Below are positions 1 through 11,068 of a stretch of 64,000 nt of DNA, piece after piece. The position numbers and the translations under genes were made by a program. Source of the DNA: Escherichia coli (GTDB lineage Bacteria > Pseudomonadota > Gammaproteobacteria > Enterobacterales > Enterobacteriaceae); the NCBI RefSeq assembly GCF_030384885.1, contig NZ_CP128613.1; one strand, given 5' to 3'. The notes below the pieces were generated by a model. It ran no database searches and had not been told where the DNA came from. It saw only the letters and a program-made list of their open reading frames with translations. The number at the start of each line of letters is the position of its first letter. The stretch's first letter is position 1.

Positions 1-1
1 C

Positions 2-64
2 GGGCAGTCGTTAATTGTCGATGGTGGCTTTATGCTGGCGAATCCGCAGTTCAACCCAGAATAG
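2..64 (+). CDS. 3' end of a CDS truncated by the window edge (tail ...GGFMLANPQFNPE*), possibly the yohF-like short-chain dehydrogenase
   Basis: Open frame from position 2 ending at TAG 62-64; identity inferred only from expected gene order next to yohD. Confidence 0.3.
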   Translation, partial: GQSLIVDGGFMLANPQFNPE

Positions 65-111
65 CACAGTGAGGTGCGTGGTTATTTCAATGGGTAATAT
101 TTGGTAGGCAT

Positions 112-186
112 GGTAAGACGTGCAAGCGTCGCATCAGGCATGGTGCGACGGATGTCGGATGCGGCGCAAACCACCTTATCCGAGGC
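112..186. repeat. REP-like palindromic element
   Basis: gcatcaggcatggtgcgac...tgtcggatgcggcg...ccttatccg matches the REP consensus family (GGATGCGGCG / CCTTATCC motifs). Confidence 0.55.
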
Positions 187-193
187 AATGGTT

Positions 194-772
194 TTACGCC
201 TGATCATCCGGCTTTTTCTTCCCGCGCCGTTTCAGCCACCAGCGCACGCCAACCACCAGAACCACGACCAGGATCAACCAGACCCAGTGCTTCAAATGCT
301 GGTCGAGATTGTGCAACCACGGCGCAATCACCTGACCACCAGCATAACCGATAGTGGTAAAAATCAACGCCCAGGCAAATGCGCCGAGAATATTCAGCGG
401 CAGAAAGATTTTCGGCGGCAGCTGGCTGGCACCAATCAGCGTCGGGCCAATGACCCGAAAGCCATACATAAAACGCGTACCAATGACAAACAGATACGGA
501 TGGCGCTGGATAAGTTTCTGCGCCCGCTCAATTTTATCCTGATGCTTAGAGAAGCGGCGTAACAGCTTGCCACCAAACCGCCGCCCGCACAGATAAAGCA
601 CCTGGTCGCCAATCATGCCGCCAAGCGCTACAGAAAGTACCACCAGCGGGAACTTTAATAACCCCTGATGTGCCGCAACGCCTCCCAGCAACGTCACGGT
701 TTCACCTTCCGCCAGACTTCCGAGCACCAGCGCAGCATAACCATATTGTGAGATGAGTGTATTGAGATCCAT
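194..772 (-). CDS. yohD: DedA-family inner membrane protein YohD
   Basis: ORF 194-808(-); internal start at 772 gives 192 aa beginning MDLNTLISQYGYAALV; hydrophobic DedA-like protein. Confidence 0.9.
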   Translation of the reverse strand: MDLNTLISQYGYAALVLGSLAEGETVTLLGGVAAHQGLLKFPLVVLSVALGGMIGDQVLYLCGRRFGGKLLRRFSKHQDKIERAQKLIQRHPYLFVIGTRFMYGFRVIGPTLIGASQLPPKIFLPLNILGAFAWALIFTTIGYAGGQVIAPWLHNLDQHLKHWVWLILVVVLVVGVRWWLKRRGKKKPDDQA

Positions 773-941
773 AGGCCCGTCTGTCTCCCTTTGGTTGCTT
801 GTAAGCATACACCCTGTGAATCATTCACGCTGAAAAAGGACGCTCATCAGACGGTGCAAATTCTATGAATGCACAAAAAATAATCACAAGCTGACTTATA
901 CTTGAACTGTCAGGTTCATGAACTCACAACAAGGGGGCGGT

Positions 942-1529
942 ATGAGCCATGTCTGGGGACTGTTTTCCCATCCCGATCGTGAAATGCAGGTGATTAATCG
1001 CGAAAACGAAACGATTTCTCATCACTACACCCACCACGTTTTGCTGATGGCGGCGATTCCGGTGATTTGCGCCTTCATTGGCACTACACAGATTGGCTGG
1101 AATTTTGGCGATGGCACTATCCTGAAGTTATCCTGGTTCACCGGACTGGCGCTGGCCGTCTTGTTTTATGGCGTTATGCTGGCTGGGGTCGCGGTGATGG
1201 GGCGGGTCATTTGGTGGATGGCACGCAATTACGCGCAGCGTCCGTCGCTTGCGCACTGTATGGTCTTCGCGGGCTACGTTGCGACGCCGCTGTTTTTAAG
1301 CGGTCTGGTGGCGCTTTACCCGCTGGTCTGGTTGTGTGCGCTGGTCGGCACGGTGGCGCTGTTTTACACCGGCTACCTGCTTTACCTCGGTATTCCAAGC
1401 TTCCTGAATATCAACAAAGAGGAAGGCCTTAGCTTCTCCAGTTCGACGCTGGCGATTGGCGTGCTGGTACTGGAAGTGCTGCTCGCCCTTACCGTTATAC
1501 TATGGGGCTACGGTTATCGTTTGTTCTAG
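942..1529 (+). CDS. yohC: Inner membrane protein YohC (Yip1 family)
   Basis: ORF 918-1529; internal start at 942 gives 195 aa beginning MSHVWGLFSHPDREMQV; multi-TM. Confidence 0.9.
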   Translation: MSHVWGLFSHPDREMQVINRENETISHHYTHHVLLMAAIPVICAFIGTTQIGWNFGDGTILKLSWFTGLALAVLFYGVMLAGVAVMGRVIWWMARNYAQRPSLAHCMVFAGYVATPLFLSGLVALYPLVWLCALVGTVALFYTGYLLYLGIPSFLNINKEEGLSFSSSTLAIGVLVLEVLLALTVILWGYGYRLF

Positions 1530-1702
1530 CAAGTTCTTTTGCGTTGCATTGCTGGCGTAAATGTCAGCAATGCAGCATTTCCTCACGATTCTTCTTTGAC
1601 GATCGCACTTTTTGCTCGTTATGATGGCGTCGCTAGCCTCAGTAAATCCTTACTCCGGCGGTGCGCAACCTGTGCGCGTGAACCACTATCTGAATGCTCA
1701 TC

Positions 1703-2635
1703 ATGCCGAAATTTCGAGTTTCTTTATTTAGCCTGGCCCTGATGCTGGCTGTGCCTTTTGCACCGCAGGCCGTTGCGAAAACGGCAGCCGCTACCACCGC
1801 TTCACAGCCGGAAATTGCCTCCGGTAGCGCTATGATTGTTGATCTGAATACCAACAAAGTGATCTATTCGAACCACCCGGATCTGGTGCGTCCGATTGCG
1901 TCTATCAGCAAATTAATGACCGCGATGGTTGTGCTGGATGCACGATTGCCGCTGGATGAAAAACTGAAAGTGGATATCAGCCAGACGCCGGAGATGAAAG
2001 GGGTCTATTCGCGCGTACGACTGAACAGCGAAATCAGCCGTAAAGATATGCTGTTGCTGGCGCTGATGTCTTCAGAAAACCGCGCGGCGGCAAGCCTTGC
2101 GCACCATTATCCCGGTGGTTACAAAGCCTTTATTAAGGCGATGAATGCGAAAGCGAAATCGCTCGGAATGAACAACACGCGCTTTGTTGAACCGACCGGA
2201 TTGTCGGTGCATAACGTTTCAACTGCCCGTGACTTAACCAAACTGCTCATTGCCAGCAAACAATATCCGTTGATTGGTCAGTTAAGTACTACCAGGGAAG
2301 ATATGGCAACCTTCTCTAACCCGACGTATACGCTGCCGTTCCGCAATACTAACCATCTGGTGTATCGCGATAACTGGAATATTCAGTTAACCAAAACGGG
2401 CTTTACCAATGCGGCGGGCCATTGTCTGGTGATGCGTACGGTTATCAATAATAAACCGGTAGCGTTGGTGGTGATGGACGCGTTTGGCAAATATACCCAT
2501 TTTGCCGATGCCAGCCGCCTGCGTACCTGGATTGAAACCGGTAAAGTGATGCCTGTTCCGGCAGCAGCGTTGAGCTATAAAAAACAAAAAGCCGCCCAGA
2601 TGGCGGCGGCGGGGCAGACGGCGCAGAACGATTAA
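1703..2635 (+). CDS. pbpG: D-alanyl-D-alanine endopeptidase PBP7
   Basis: 310 aa from [25 protein letters not shown] (signal peptide); SxxK motif region [14 protein letters not shown]. Confidence 0.93.
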
Positions 2636-2637
2636 GG

Positions 2638-2820
2638 GTAGGCAGGATAAGGCGTTTACGCCGCATCAGGCATTCGGAGCACGATGCCTGATGCGATGCT
2701 TGCGCATCTTATCAGGCCTACAAACGTGACGCGTCCGTAGGCAGGATAAGGCGTTCACGCCGCATCCGGCATTCGGTGCACGATGCCTGATGCGATGCTT
2801 CTATTTGCATCAGGCATCCA
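2638..2820. repeat. REP/BIME cluster (at least two REP units) between convergent pbpG and dld
   Basis: Duplicated ggcaggataaggcgtt(t/c)acgccgcatc(a/c)ggcattcgg...gatgcctgatgcgatgctt units. Confidence 0.85.
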
Positions 2821-2827
2821 GCCGTAT

Positions 2828-4543
2828 TTACTCCACTTCCTGCCAGTTTTTCCGCTTACTGGTTTTACCGATCCCCGGATTCATGCTGTTGGTCGGATCG
2901 TTCTCGCGATAGAACTTCTGCAACGTCTCCGGTGCTTTATACAAATGACCGACGTTATGCTCGGCAGGGTATTGCGCGCCGCGCTGCTGTAGCAGTTCCA
3001 GCATCTGTTCTTTCAACGCATGCACATCCACGCCTTTTTTAACGATGTAATCCTGATGGAAGACATAGCACATAAAATGGCCGTAATAGAGCTTGTGCAC
3101 CAGCTGGCAGTCGATCTCCGGCGGTAAATGCTCATACCACTCGGTGTCGTTACGCCGCAGAGCGATATCCAGTGCCAGAATGTCTTCGACTTCATCGGAA
3201 TGCACCGCCTGATAACGAATTGCTGCGCCCGCAGCGGCGAAACGGTGTAAAAACGCTTTGCTGCCTTCTTCCGGCGTACAGACAAAGAAATCGCCCTCGG
3301 CCTGTTTGAAATAATCCACCAGCCACGATTTAGCTTCGCCGACGCCATCGCCCGCCATTTTTAACAGCAGATGATGTTCATATTTATCGCGCCAGCTTTT
3401 CATGCGCGGTGGTAAATGGCTGGGGAACAAGTGACCGAATTTTTGCATCGCACGGTCGGTAAAATGCGGACGGAAGAATTTCACTTTCTCCAGCATCGCA
3501 TCGGTGCGTCCCTTGAGATTAAAGAAGAACGGCATCTTGTCGGTGCCTAACTTATCAATCATCAGGAAGGTGTCTTTGCCGTATTTTTCCGCAATATCGT
3601 AGATATCCCGGTGCATATATTCCCCGGCAACTGGCAGATTTTCGAAATTAGCCAGGATATGGCGGCGGATTTCGGTCAGCACTTCCGGCTGGTTGGTGCC
3701 GATATAAAACACTTGCTGATTTTTTTCTGCTTCGAAGGTATCAAGACGTACCGCAAAGACGGCCAGTTTACCGGCGCAACCGGAGGATTCAAACAGGCGA
3801 TCCGGGTCGGCGTTATAACGTGCTGGTGTGTCGGCTTCAATATCACGAACGCGGTGGACATAGTCATAATCGTGGGCGTGACGACCATCGTGGCGCACAT
3901 CGTCATCTTTGATGCGATCGTCATCCAGCTTGCTAAGGATCTGCTCCGGCGTTTCGCCGAGATCAATCCCCAGATGGTTCACCAGCGTCAGTTTGCCGTC
4001 TTCATTTATACGCGCGAATAACGACATTTCGGTATACGCCGGGCCACGCTGCACCAGCGAGCCGCCGGAGTTGTTACAGATACCGCCGATGACTGATGCG
4101 CCTATACACGATGAGCCAATCACCGAGTGCGGTTCGCGTCCCAGCGGTTTGAGGGCTTTTTCCAGCGAATAAAGCGTGGTGCCCGGATAGGCCAGCACCT
4201 GTTCGCCCTTGCCAAGAACATGTAGTTTGTCGAGACGCAGGGTGCTGATGATCACGATATCGCGATCATAGTCGTTACCGTTTGGCGTCGAGCCTTCGGT
4301 CAGACCTGTATTGGCAGCCTGCATCAGAATAATTTTGTCGGCGGTGACGCAGGCTTTCAGCACCCGCCACAATTCCAGTAGTGAGCCAGGGAAAACGACA
4401 GCCAGCGCGTCGCCCTGACCAGAACGGAAGCCCTTGCGATAGCGGGCCGTTTTTGCGGGATCGGTGAGCAGGTGTGAATGACCGACCAGACGGGCAAGTT
4501 CATTCAAAAAGGCTTTATTATCAGTTGTTGTCATGGAAGACAT
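2828..4543 (-). CDS. dld: FAD-dependent D-lactate dehydrogenase
   Basis: ORF 2828-4576(-); start at 4543 (cat on + strand) gives 571 aa beginning MSSMTTTDNKAFLNELARLVG. Confidence 0.95.
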   Translation of the reverse strand: MSSMTTTDNKAFLNELARLVGHSHLLTDPAKTARYRKGFRSGQGDALAVVFPGSLLELWRVLKACVTADKIILMQAANTGLTEGSTPNGNDYDRDIVIISTLRLDKLHVLGKGEQVLAYPGTTLYSLEKALKPLGREPHSVIGSSCIGASVIGGICNNSGGSLVQRGPAYTEMSLFARINEDGKLTLVNHLGIDLGETPEQILSKLDDDRIKDDDVRHDGRHAHDYDYVHRVRDIEADTPARYNADPDRLFESSGCAGKLAVFAVRLDTFEAEKNQQVFYIGTNQPEVLTEIRRHILANFENLPVAGEYMHRDIYDIAEKYGKDTFLMIDKLGTDKMPFFFNLKGRTDAMLEKVKFFRPHFTDRAMQKFGHLFPSHLPPRMKSWRDKYEHHLLLKMAGDGVGEAKSWLVDYFKQAEGDFFVCTPEEGSKAFLHRFAAAGAAIRYQAVHSDEVEDILALDIALRRNDTEWYEHLPPEIDCQLVHKLYYGHFMCYVFHQDYIVKKGVDVHALKEQMLELLQQRGAQYPAEHNVGHLYKAPETLQKFYRENDPTNSMNPGIGKTSKRKNWQEVE

Positions 4544-4738
4544 TTTCCACTCCTTGTGGTGGCGAAAAAATATCACAAACTAGAATAGCGCCTTGTATGA
4601 CAATTCAGCGAGTGAATATTTTGAAAATTCAGACAATAAACTGAGCATTCTTTTTCTCTCTCCATCATGCTTATGGCAAACTACGGTTTTTGCACCATTT
4701 TCGCTGCCTCGTCGGGCAACAGAGGAAGAATAATCCAT

Positions 4739-7036
4739 ATGAAATGGCTATGTTCAGTAGGTATCGCGGTGAGTCTGGCCCTGCAACCAGCACTGGCGGA
4801 TGATTTATTCGGCAACCATCCATTAACGCCTGAAGCGCGGGATGCGTTCGTCACCGAACTGCTTAAGAAAATGACGGTTGATGAGAAAATTGGTCAGCTG
4901 CGCTTAATCAGCGTCGGCCCGGATAACCCGAAAGAGGCGATCCGCGAGATGATCAAAGACGGGCAGGTTGGGGCGATTTTCAACACCGTAACCCGTCAGG
5001 ATATCCGCGCCATGCAGGATCAGGTGATGGAATTAAGCCGCCTGAAAATTCCTCTTTTCTTTGCTTACGACGTGCTGCACGGTCAGCGCACGGTGTTCCC
5101 GATTAGCCTCGGTCTGGCCTCGTCTTTTAACCTCGATGCGGTGAAAACGGTCGGACGTGTCTCTGCTTATGAAGCGGCAGATGATGGCCTGAATATGACC
5201 TGGGCACCGATGGTCGATGTTTCGCGCGATCCGCGCTGGGGACGTGCTTCCGAAGGTTTTGGGGAAGATACGTATCTCACTTCGATTATGGGTAAGACTA
5301 TGGTGGAAGCGATGCAGGGTAAAAGCCCGGCAGATCGCTACTCGGTGATGACCAGCGTCAAACACTTTGCCGCTTACGGCGCGGTAGAAAGTGGTAAAGA
5401 GTACAACACCGTCGATATGAGTCCGCAGCGCCTGTTTAACGACTATATGCCGCCGTACAAAGCGGGGCTGGATGCAGGCAGCGGTGCGGTAATGGTGGCG
5501 CTGAACTCGCTGAATGGCACGCCAGCAACTTCCGACTCCTGGCTGCTGAAAGATGTGCTGCGCGATCAGTGGGGCTTTAAAGGCATTACCGTTTCCGATC
5601 ATGGCGCAATCAAAGAGCTGATTAAACATGGCACGGCGGCAGACCCGGAAGATGCGGTGCGCGTGGCACTGAAATCCGGCATCAACATGAGTATGAGCGA
5701 CGAGTACTACTCGAAGTATCTGCCCGGTTTGATCAAATCCGGCAAAGTGACGATGGCAGAGCTGGACGACGCTGCCCGCCACGTGCTGAACGTCAAATAT
5801 GATATGGGGCTGTTCAACGACCCATACAGCCACCTTGGACCGAAAGAGTCTGACCCGGTTGATACGAATGCTGAAAGCCGCCTGCACCGCAAAGAAGCGC
5901 GTGAAGTGGCGCGCGAAAGCCTGGTATTGCTGAAAAACCGCCTTGAAACGCTGCCGCTGAAAAAATCGGCAACCATTGCGGTGGTAGGGCCACTGGCGGA
6001 CAGCAAACGTGACGTGATGGGCAGCTGGTCCGCAGCCGGTGTTGCCGATCAATCTGTGACCGTACTGACCGGGATTAAAAACGCCGTCGGTGAAAACGGC
6101 AAGGTGCTGTATGCCAAAGGTGCGAACGTTACCAGTGATAAAGGCATTATCGATTTCCTGAATCAGTATGAAGAGGCGGTCAAAGTCGATCCGCGTTCGC
6201 CGCAAGAGATGATTGATGAAGCGGTGCAGACCGCGAAACAATCTGATGTGGTGGTGGCTGTGGTCGGTGAAGCTCAGGGGATGGCGCACGAAGCCTCCAG
6301 CCGTACCGATATCACTATTCCACAAAGCCAACGTGACTTGATTGCAGCGTTGAAAACCACTGGTAAACCGCTGGTGCTGGTGCTGATGAACGGGCGTCCG
6401 CTGGCGCTGGTGAAAGAAGATCAGCAGGCTGATGCGATTCTGGAAACCTGGTTTGCGGGGACTGAAGGCGGTAATGCAATTGCCGATGTATTGTTTGGCG
6501 ATTACAACCCGTCCGGCAAGCTGCCAATGTCCTTCCCGCGTTCTGTCGGGCAGATCCCGGTGTACTACAGCCATCTGAACACCGGGCGGCCGTATAATGC
6601 CGACAAGCCGAACAAATACACTTCGCGTTATTTTGATGAAGCTAACGGGGCGCTTTATCCGTTCGGCTATGGTCTGAGCTACACCACTTTCACCGTCTCT
6701 GATGTGAAACTTTCTGCGCCGACCATGAAGCGTGACGGCAAAGTGACCGCCAGTGTGCAGGTGACGAACACCGGTAAGCGCGAAGGGGCGACGGTAGTGC
6801 AGATGTACTTGCAGGATGTGACGGCTTCCATGAGTCGTCCGGTGAAGCAGCTGAAAGGCTTTGAGAAAATCACCCTGAAACCGGGCGAAACTCAGACCGT
6901 CAGCTTCCCAATTGATATCGAGGCGTTGAAGTTCTGGAATCAACAGATGAAATATGACGCCGAGCCTGGCAAGTTCAATGTCTTTATCGGCACTGATTCC
7001 GCACGCGTTAAGAAAGGCGAGTTTGAGTTGCTGTAA
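4739..7036 (+). CDS. bglX: Periplasmic beta-glucosidase BglX (GH3)
   Basis: ORF 4667-7036; ATG at 4739 gives 765 aa beginning MKWLCSVGIAVSLALQPALA (signal peptide). Confidence 0.95.
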   Translation: MKWLCSVGIAVSLALQPALADDLFGNHPLTPEARDAFVTELLKKMTVDEKIGQLRLISVGPDNPKEAIREMIKDGQVGAIFNTVTRQDIRAMQDQVMELSRLKIPLFFAYDVLHGQRTVFPISLGLASSFNLDAVKTVGRVSAYEAADDGLNMTWAPMVDVSRDPRWGRASEGFGEDTYLTSIMGKTMVEAMQGKSPADRYSVMTSVKHFAAYGAVESGKEYNTVDMSPQRLFNDYMPPYKAGLDAGSGAVMVALNSLNGTPATSDSWLLKDVLRDQWGFKGITVSDHGAIKELIKHGTAADPEDAVRVALKSGINMSMSDEYYSKYLPGLIKSGKVTMAELDDAARHVLNVKYDMGLFNDPYSHLGPKESDPVDTNAESRLHRKEAREVARESLVLLKNRLETLPLKKSATIAVVGPLADSKRDVMGSWSAAGVADQSVTVLTGIKNAVGENGKVLYAKGANVTSDKGIIDFLNQYEEAVKVDPRSPQEMIDEAVQTAKQSDVVVAVVGEAQGMAHEASSRTDITIPQSQRDLIAALKTTGKPLVLVLMNGRPLALVKEDQQADAILETWFAGTEGGNAIADVLFGDYNPSGKLPMSFPRSVGQIPVYYSHLNTGRPYNADKPNKYTSRYFDEANGALYPFGYGLSYTTFTVSDVKLSAPTMKRDGKVTASVQVTNTGKREGATVVQMYLQDVTASMSRPVKQLKGFEKITLKPGETQTVSFPIDIEALKFWNQQMKYDAEPGKFNVFIGTDSARVKKGEFELL

Positions 7037-7184
7037 TGCTTTAGTAAGGGCGCGACGTCTGCGCCCTTTAAGTATTTCTCTGATTCTGCAATTGAATCCC
7101 TCCGCTCAGGCTAACCCCGCCATTATCAACTATGCTTTTCTCTTAATTCGCTGAAAACAACAGTAAAAGAATGAGGAAAGCATC

Positions 7185-8102
7185 ATGCCACTCTCAAAGC
7201 TCTGGGCAGGTTCACTGGTTTTGTTGGCAGCCGTGAGCCTGCCGCTACAGGCGGCTTCTGCCGTTAAAGTCGGTTCAAAAATCGATACCGAAGGCGCGCT
7301 ACTCGGCAACATTATTTTGCAAGTGCTGGAAAGCCACGGCGTACCGACGGTGAATAAAGTCCAGTTGGGAACCACGCCGGTGGTGCGCGGCGCGATCACT
7401 TCTGGCGAGCTGGATATCTATCCGGAATATACCGGTAATGGCGCTTTCTTCTTTAAAGATGAAAATGATGCGGCGTGGAAAAATGCCGGACAAGGCTACG
7501 AGAAAGTCAAAAAGCTCGATGCAGAGCAAAACAAGTTAATCTGGCTAACGCCCGCGCCTGCAAATAACACCTGGACCATCGCCGTGCGTCAGGATGTGGC
7601 AGAGAAAAATAAACTCACTTCGCTTGCCGACCTGAGTCGTTATCTGAAAGAGGGTGGCACCTTCAAACTGGCAGCCTCGGCTGAGTTTATCGAACGCGCC
7701 GATGCCTTACCCGCTTTTGAAAAAGCCTACGACTTTAAACTCGGTCAGGATCAGTTGCTGTCACTGGCCGGTGGCGACACGGCGGTGACAATCAAAGCTG
7801 CTGCCCAGCAAACATCCGGCGTTAATGCGGCGATGGCTTACGGCACCGACGGCCCGGTCGCGGCGCTGGGGCTGCAAACCTTAAGCGATCCGCAAGGCGT
7901 GCAACCTATCTACGCGCCTGCACCAGTGGTGCGTGAATCGGTGTTGAAGGAGTATCCGCAAATGGCACAGTGGCTACAGCCAGTCTTCGCCAGCCTCGAT
8001 GCAAAAACATTGCAGCAACTGAATGCCAGCATTGCTGTGGAAGGACTGGATGCCAAAAAAGTGGCTGCCGACTACCTGAAACAAAAAGGGTGGACGAAGT
8101 AA
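7185..8102 (+). CDS. osmF: Osmoprotectant ABC transporter periplasmic binding protein
   Basis: 305 aa, signal peptide MPLSKLWAGSLVLLAAVSLPLQAASA; first gene of osmF-yehYXW. Confidence 0.9.
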   Translation: MPLSKLWAGSLVLLAAVSLPLQAASAVKVGSKIDTEGALLGNIILQVLESHGVPTVNKVQLGTTPVVRGAITSGELDIYPEYTGNGAFFFKDENDAAWKNAGQGYEKVKKLDAEQNKLIWLTPAPANNTWTIAVRQDVAEKNKLTSLADLSRYLKEGGTFKLAASAEFIERADALPAFEKAYDFKLGQDQLLSLAGGDTAVTIKAAAQQTSGVNAAMAYGTDGPVAALGLQTLSDPQGVQPIYAPAPVVRESVLKEYPQMAQWLQPVFASLDAKTLQQLNASIAVEGLDAKKVAADYLKQKGWTK

Positions 8103-8108
8103 TTTCCC

Positions 8109-9266
8109 GTGACTTATTTCCGTATTAATCCTGTTCTGGCGCTGCTGCTGTTGCTGACGGCAATCGCAGCGGCGCTGCCGTTTATCAGTTACGCGCCTAA
8201 TCGTTTAGTCTCGGGTGAGGGGCGTCATCTCTGGCAGCTGTGGCCGCAAACGATCTGGATGCTGGTGGGCGTTGGTTGCGCCTGGCTGACCGCCTGTTTT
8301 ATTCCCGGTAAAAAAGGCAGCATTTTTGCACTCATTCTGGCGCAATTCGTCTTCATATTGCTGGTGTGGGGCGCGGGAAAGGCGGCGACACAACTGGCGC
8401 AAAATGGCAGTGCGCTGGCGCGTACCAGCCTCGGCAGTGGTTTCTGGCTGGCTGCGGCGCTGGCACTGCTGGCCTGTAGCGATGCCATCCGCCGAATCTC
8501 CACGCATCCGCTGTGGCGCTGGTTGTTGCATATGCAGATTGCCATTATTCCGCTGTGGTTGCTGTATTCCGGCGCGCTTAACGATCTCTCGCTAATGAAA
8601 GAATACGCCAACCGTCAGGATGTGTTTAATGACGCGCTGGCGCAACATCTGACGTTGCTGTTTGGTGCGGTGCTGCCTGCGTTAGTGATTGGTGTGCCGC
8701 TGGGCGTCTGGTGCTACTTTTCCACTGCGCGGCAGGGGGCGATTTTTTCTCTGCTGAATGTCATTCAGACCGTGCCTTCGGTGGCGCTCTTTGGCCTGTT
8801 GATTGCGCCGCTTGCCGCGCTGGTTACGGCCTTTCCGTGGCTGGGAACGCTCGGCGTAGCAGGAACCGGAATGACACCCGCACTGATTGCCCTGGTGCTC
8901 TATGCCTTGCTGCCGCTGGTGCGCGGTGTGGTAGTCGGCTTGAACCAGATCCCGCGCGATGTGCTGGAGAGCGCCAGAGCGATGGGCATGAGCGGGGCGC
9001 AGCGATTCCTGCATGTTCAGTTACCGCTGGCGTTACCGGTATTTCTGCGCAGCCTGCGGGTGGTGATGGTGCAAACCGTCGGCATGGCGGTGATTGCGGC
9101 GTTAATCGGCGCAGGTGGTTTTGGTGCGCTGGTTTTCCAGGGGCTGCTAAGCAGTGCCATTGATTTAGTGTTGCTGGGGGTGATCCCGGTAATCGTACTG
9201 GCGGTGCTGATCGACGCACTGTTCGATCTGGTTATCGCACTGCTGAAGGTGAAAAGTAATGATTGA
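8109..9266 (+). CDS. yehY: Osmoprotectant ABC transporter permease
   Basis: 385 aa, GTG start, multi-TM; overlaps yehX start (9259). Confidence 0.9.
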   Translation: MTYFRINPVLALLLLLTAIAAALPFISYAPNRLVSGEGRHLWQLWPQTIWMLVGVGCAWLTACFIPGKKGSIFALILAQFVFILLVWGAGKAATQLAQNGSALARTSLGSGFWLAAALALLACSDAIRRISTHPLWRWLLHMQIAIIPLWLLYSGALNDLSLMKEYANRQDVFNDALAQHLTLLFGAVLPALVIGVPLGVWCYFSTARQGAIFSLLNVIQTVPSVALFGLLIAPLAALVTAFPWLGTLGVAGTGMTPALIALVLYALLPLVRGVVVGLNQIPRDVLESARAMGMSGAQRFLHVQLPLALPVFLRSLRVVMVQTVGMAVIAALIGAGGFGALVFQGLLSSAIDLVLLGVIPVIVLAVLIDALFDLVIALLKVKSND

Positions 9267-10185
9267 ATTTAGCCATGTCAGCAAACTGTTCGGCACACAA
9301 AAAGCCGTTAACGATCTCAACCTCAATTTTCAGGAAGGGAGTTTCTCGGTGCTGATTGGTACATCAGGCTCCGGTAAATCCACCACATTGAAAATGATCA
9401 ACCGTCTGGTAGAGCATGACAGCGGAGTGATCCGCTTTGCCGGAGAAGAAATTCGCTCGCTGCCAGTGCTGGAGTTACGCCGCCGGATGGGCTATGCCAT
9501 TCAATCTATTGGCCTGTTTCCCCACTGGAGCGTGGCGCAAAACATTGCTACTGTGCCGCAATTACAAAAATGGTCGCGGGCGCGGATCGACGACCGTATC
9601 GACGAATTAATGGCGCTACTGGGGCTGGAGCCAAATTTGCGTGAGCGTTATCCGCATCAGCTTTCCGGTGGTCAGCAGCAACGTGTGGGAGTGGCCCGCG
9701 CGTTGGCTGCCGATCCGCAAGTCTTACTGATGGATGAACCTTTTGGCGCACTGGACCCGGTAACGCGTGGTGCGTTGCAACAAGAGATGACGCGTATTCA
9801 CCGTTTGTTAGGGCGCACCATTGTGCTGGTCACTCATGATATTGATGAGGCGCTACGGTTGGCAGAACATCTGGTATTGATGGATCACGGTGAAGTGGTG
9901 CAGCAGGGCAATCCTCTGGCGATGCTGACTCGTCCGGCGAATGATTTCGTCCGCCAGTTTTTTGGCCGTAGTGAACTGGGGGTCCGCCTGCTTTCGTTAC
10001 GTAGCGTGGCGGATTATGTGCGCCGCGAAGAACGGGCAGAAGGTGAGGCACTGGCAGAAGAGATGACGCTACGCGATGCGCTCTCCCTGTTTGTCGCGCG
10101 GGGATGCGAAGTGCTGCCGGTGGTAAACACGCAGGGCCAGCCTTGCGGCACGCTGCATTTTCAGGATCTGCTGGTGGAGGCGTAA
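9259..10185 (+). CDS. yehX: Osmoprotectant ABC transporter ATP-binding protein
   Basis: Walker [13 protein letters not shown] signature LSGGQQQR, Walker B LLMDEP. Confidence 0.93.
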   Translation: MIEFSHVSKLFGTQKAVNDLNLNFQEGSFSVLIGTSGSGKSTTLKMINRLVEHDSGVIRFAGEEIRSLPVLELRRRMGYAIQSIGLFPHWSVAQNIATVPQLQKWSRARIDDRIDELMALLGLEPNLRERYPHQLSGGQQQRVGVARALAADPQVLLMDEPFGALDPVTRGALQQEMTRIHRLLGRTIVLVTHDIDEALRLAEHLVLMDHGEVVQQGNPLAMLTRPANDFVRQFFGRSELGVRLLSLRSVADYVRREERAEGEALAEEMTLRDALSLFVARGCEVLPVVNTQGQPCGTLHFQDLLVEA

Positions 10186-10189
10186 GCGT

Positions 10190-10921
10190 ATGAAGATGTT
10201 GCGCGATCCGCTGTTCTGGCTCATTGCTCTGTTTGTGGCACTGATTTTCTGGCTGCCTTACAGCCAGCCGCTGTTTTCTGCCTTGTTCCCACAACTGCCA
10301 CGCCCCGTTTATCAGCAAGAAAGTTTTGCTGCTCTGGCACTGGCTCATTTCTGGCTGGTGGGAATTTCGAGTTTGTTTGCGGTGATCATTGGCACAGGTG
10401 CCGGAATTATTGTTACTCGCCCGTGGGGTGCGGAATTTCGCCCACTGGTGGAAACTATTGCCGCCGTTGGGCAGACTTTTCCGCCCGTTGCGGTGCTGGC
10501 GATTGCCGTTCCGGTGATTGGGTTTGGTCTGCAACCGGCGATTATCGCCTTGATCCTGTACGGTGTGCTGCCCGTCCTGCAGGCGACACTTGCCGGGCTG
10601 GGAGCGATTGATGTCAGCGTGACAGAAGTTGCGAAAGGTATGGGAATGAGCCGTGGTCAGCAACTGCGTAAGGTCGAGCTACCGCTGGCGGCTCCGGTGA
10701 TTCTGGCGGGCGTGCGAACTTCGGTGATTATCAACATTGGTACGGCGACGATCGCCTCAACGGTAGGGGCCAGCACGCTGGGTACGCCCATCATCATCGG
10801 GCTTAGCGGATTTAATACCGCGTATGTGATCCAGGGGGCGTTACTGGTGGCACTGGCGGCGATCATCGCAGACCGCCTGTTTGAAAGGCTGGTGCAGGCG
10901 CTTAGCCAGCACGCAAAATAA
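10190..10921 (+). CDS. yehW: Osmoprotectant ABC transporter permease
   Basis: 243 aa multi-TM ORF immediately after yehX. Confidence 0.9.
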
Positions 10922-11009
10922 AGGTATAACCTGCGAGCATGACGCCACCAATTCCGCCTAACGCCATAAAAAGGAACAGGGCGATGACCCCAATTTTAGC
11001 TATGCGCAT
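10902..11009 (-). CDS. yohO: Small membrane protein YohO (35 aa)
   Basis: Minus-strand ATG (cat at 11007-11009) preceded by an AGGAG-like SD; translates to [35 protein letters not shown]; overlaps yehW 3' end by 20 nt convergently. Confidence 0.75.
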
Positions 11010-11068
11010 AATGCACTCCTTATGTTAACGAAAGGATTGTACAGTAAAGCGCATTTGTTAACGAATCA

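Noticed and set aside
2828-4576. N-terminal extensions offered by the ORF track (dld, bglX, yehQ, yehP, yehM, yehL, rcnB, fbaB, yehS, btsS, btsR, apbC and others)
   Set aside because: Upstream in-frame starts lack an SD or are non-ATG; internal ATGs give the familiar protein N-termini and lengths and produce start/stop overlaps typical of operons
5033-6943. 636-aa ORF antisense to bglX
   Set aside because: Lies entirely within and opposite to the well-supported bglX gene; R/H/F-rich low-complexity translation typical of antisense frames in GC-rich coding sequence
9830-10663. 277-aa ORF antisense to yehX/yehW
   Set aside because: Shadow ORF; Q/R/N/H/P-rich nonsense-like sequence
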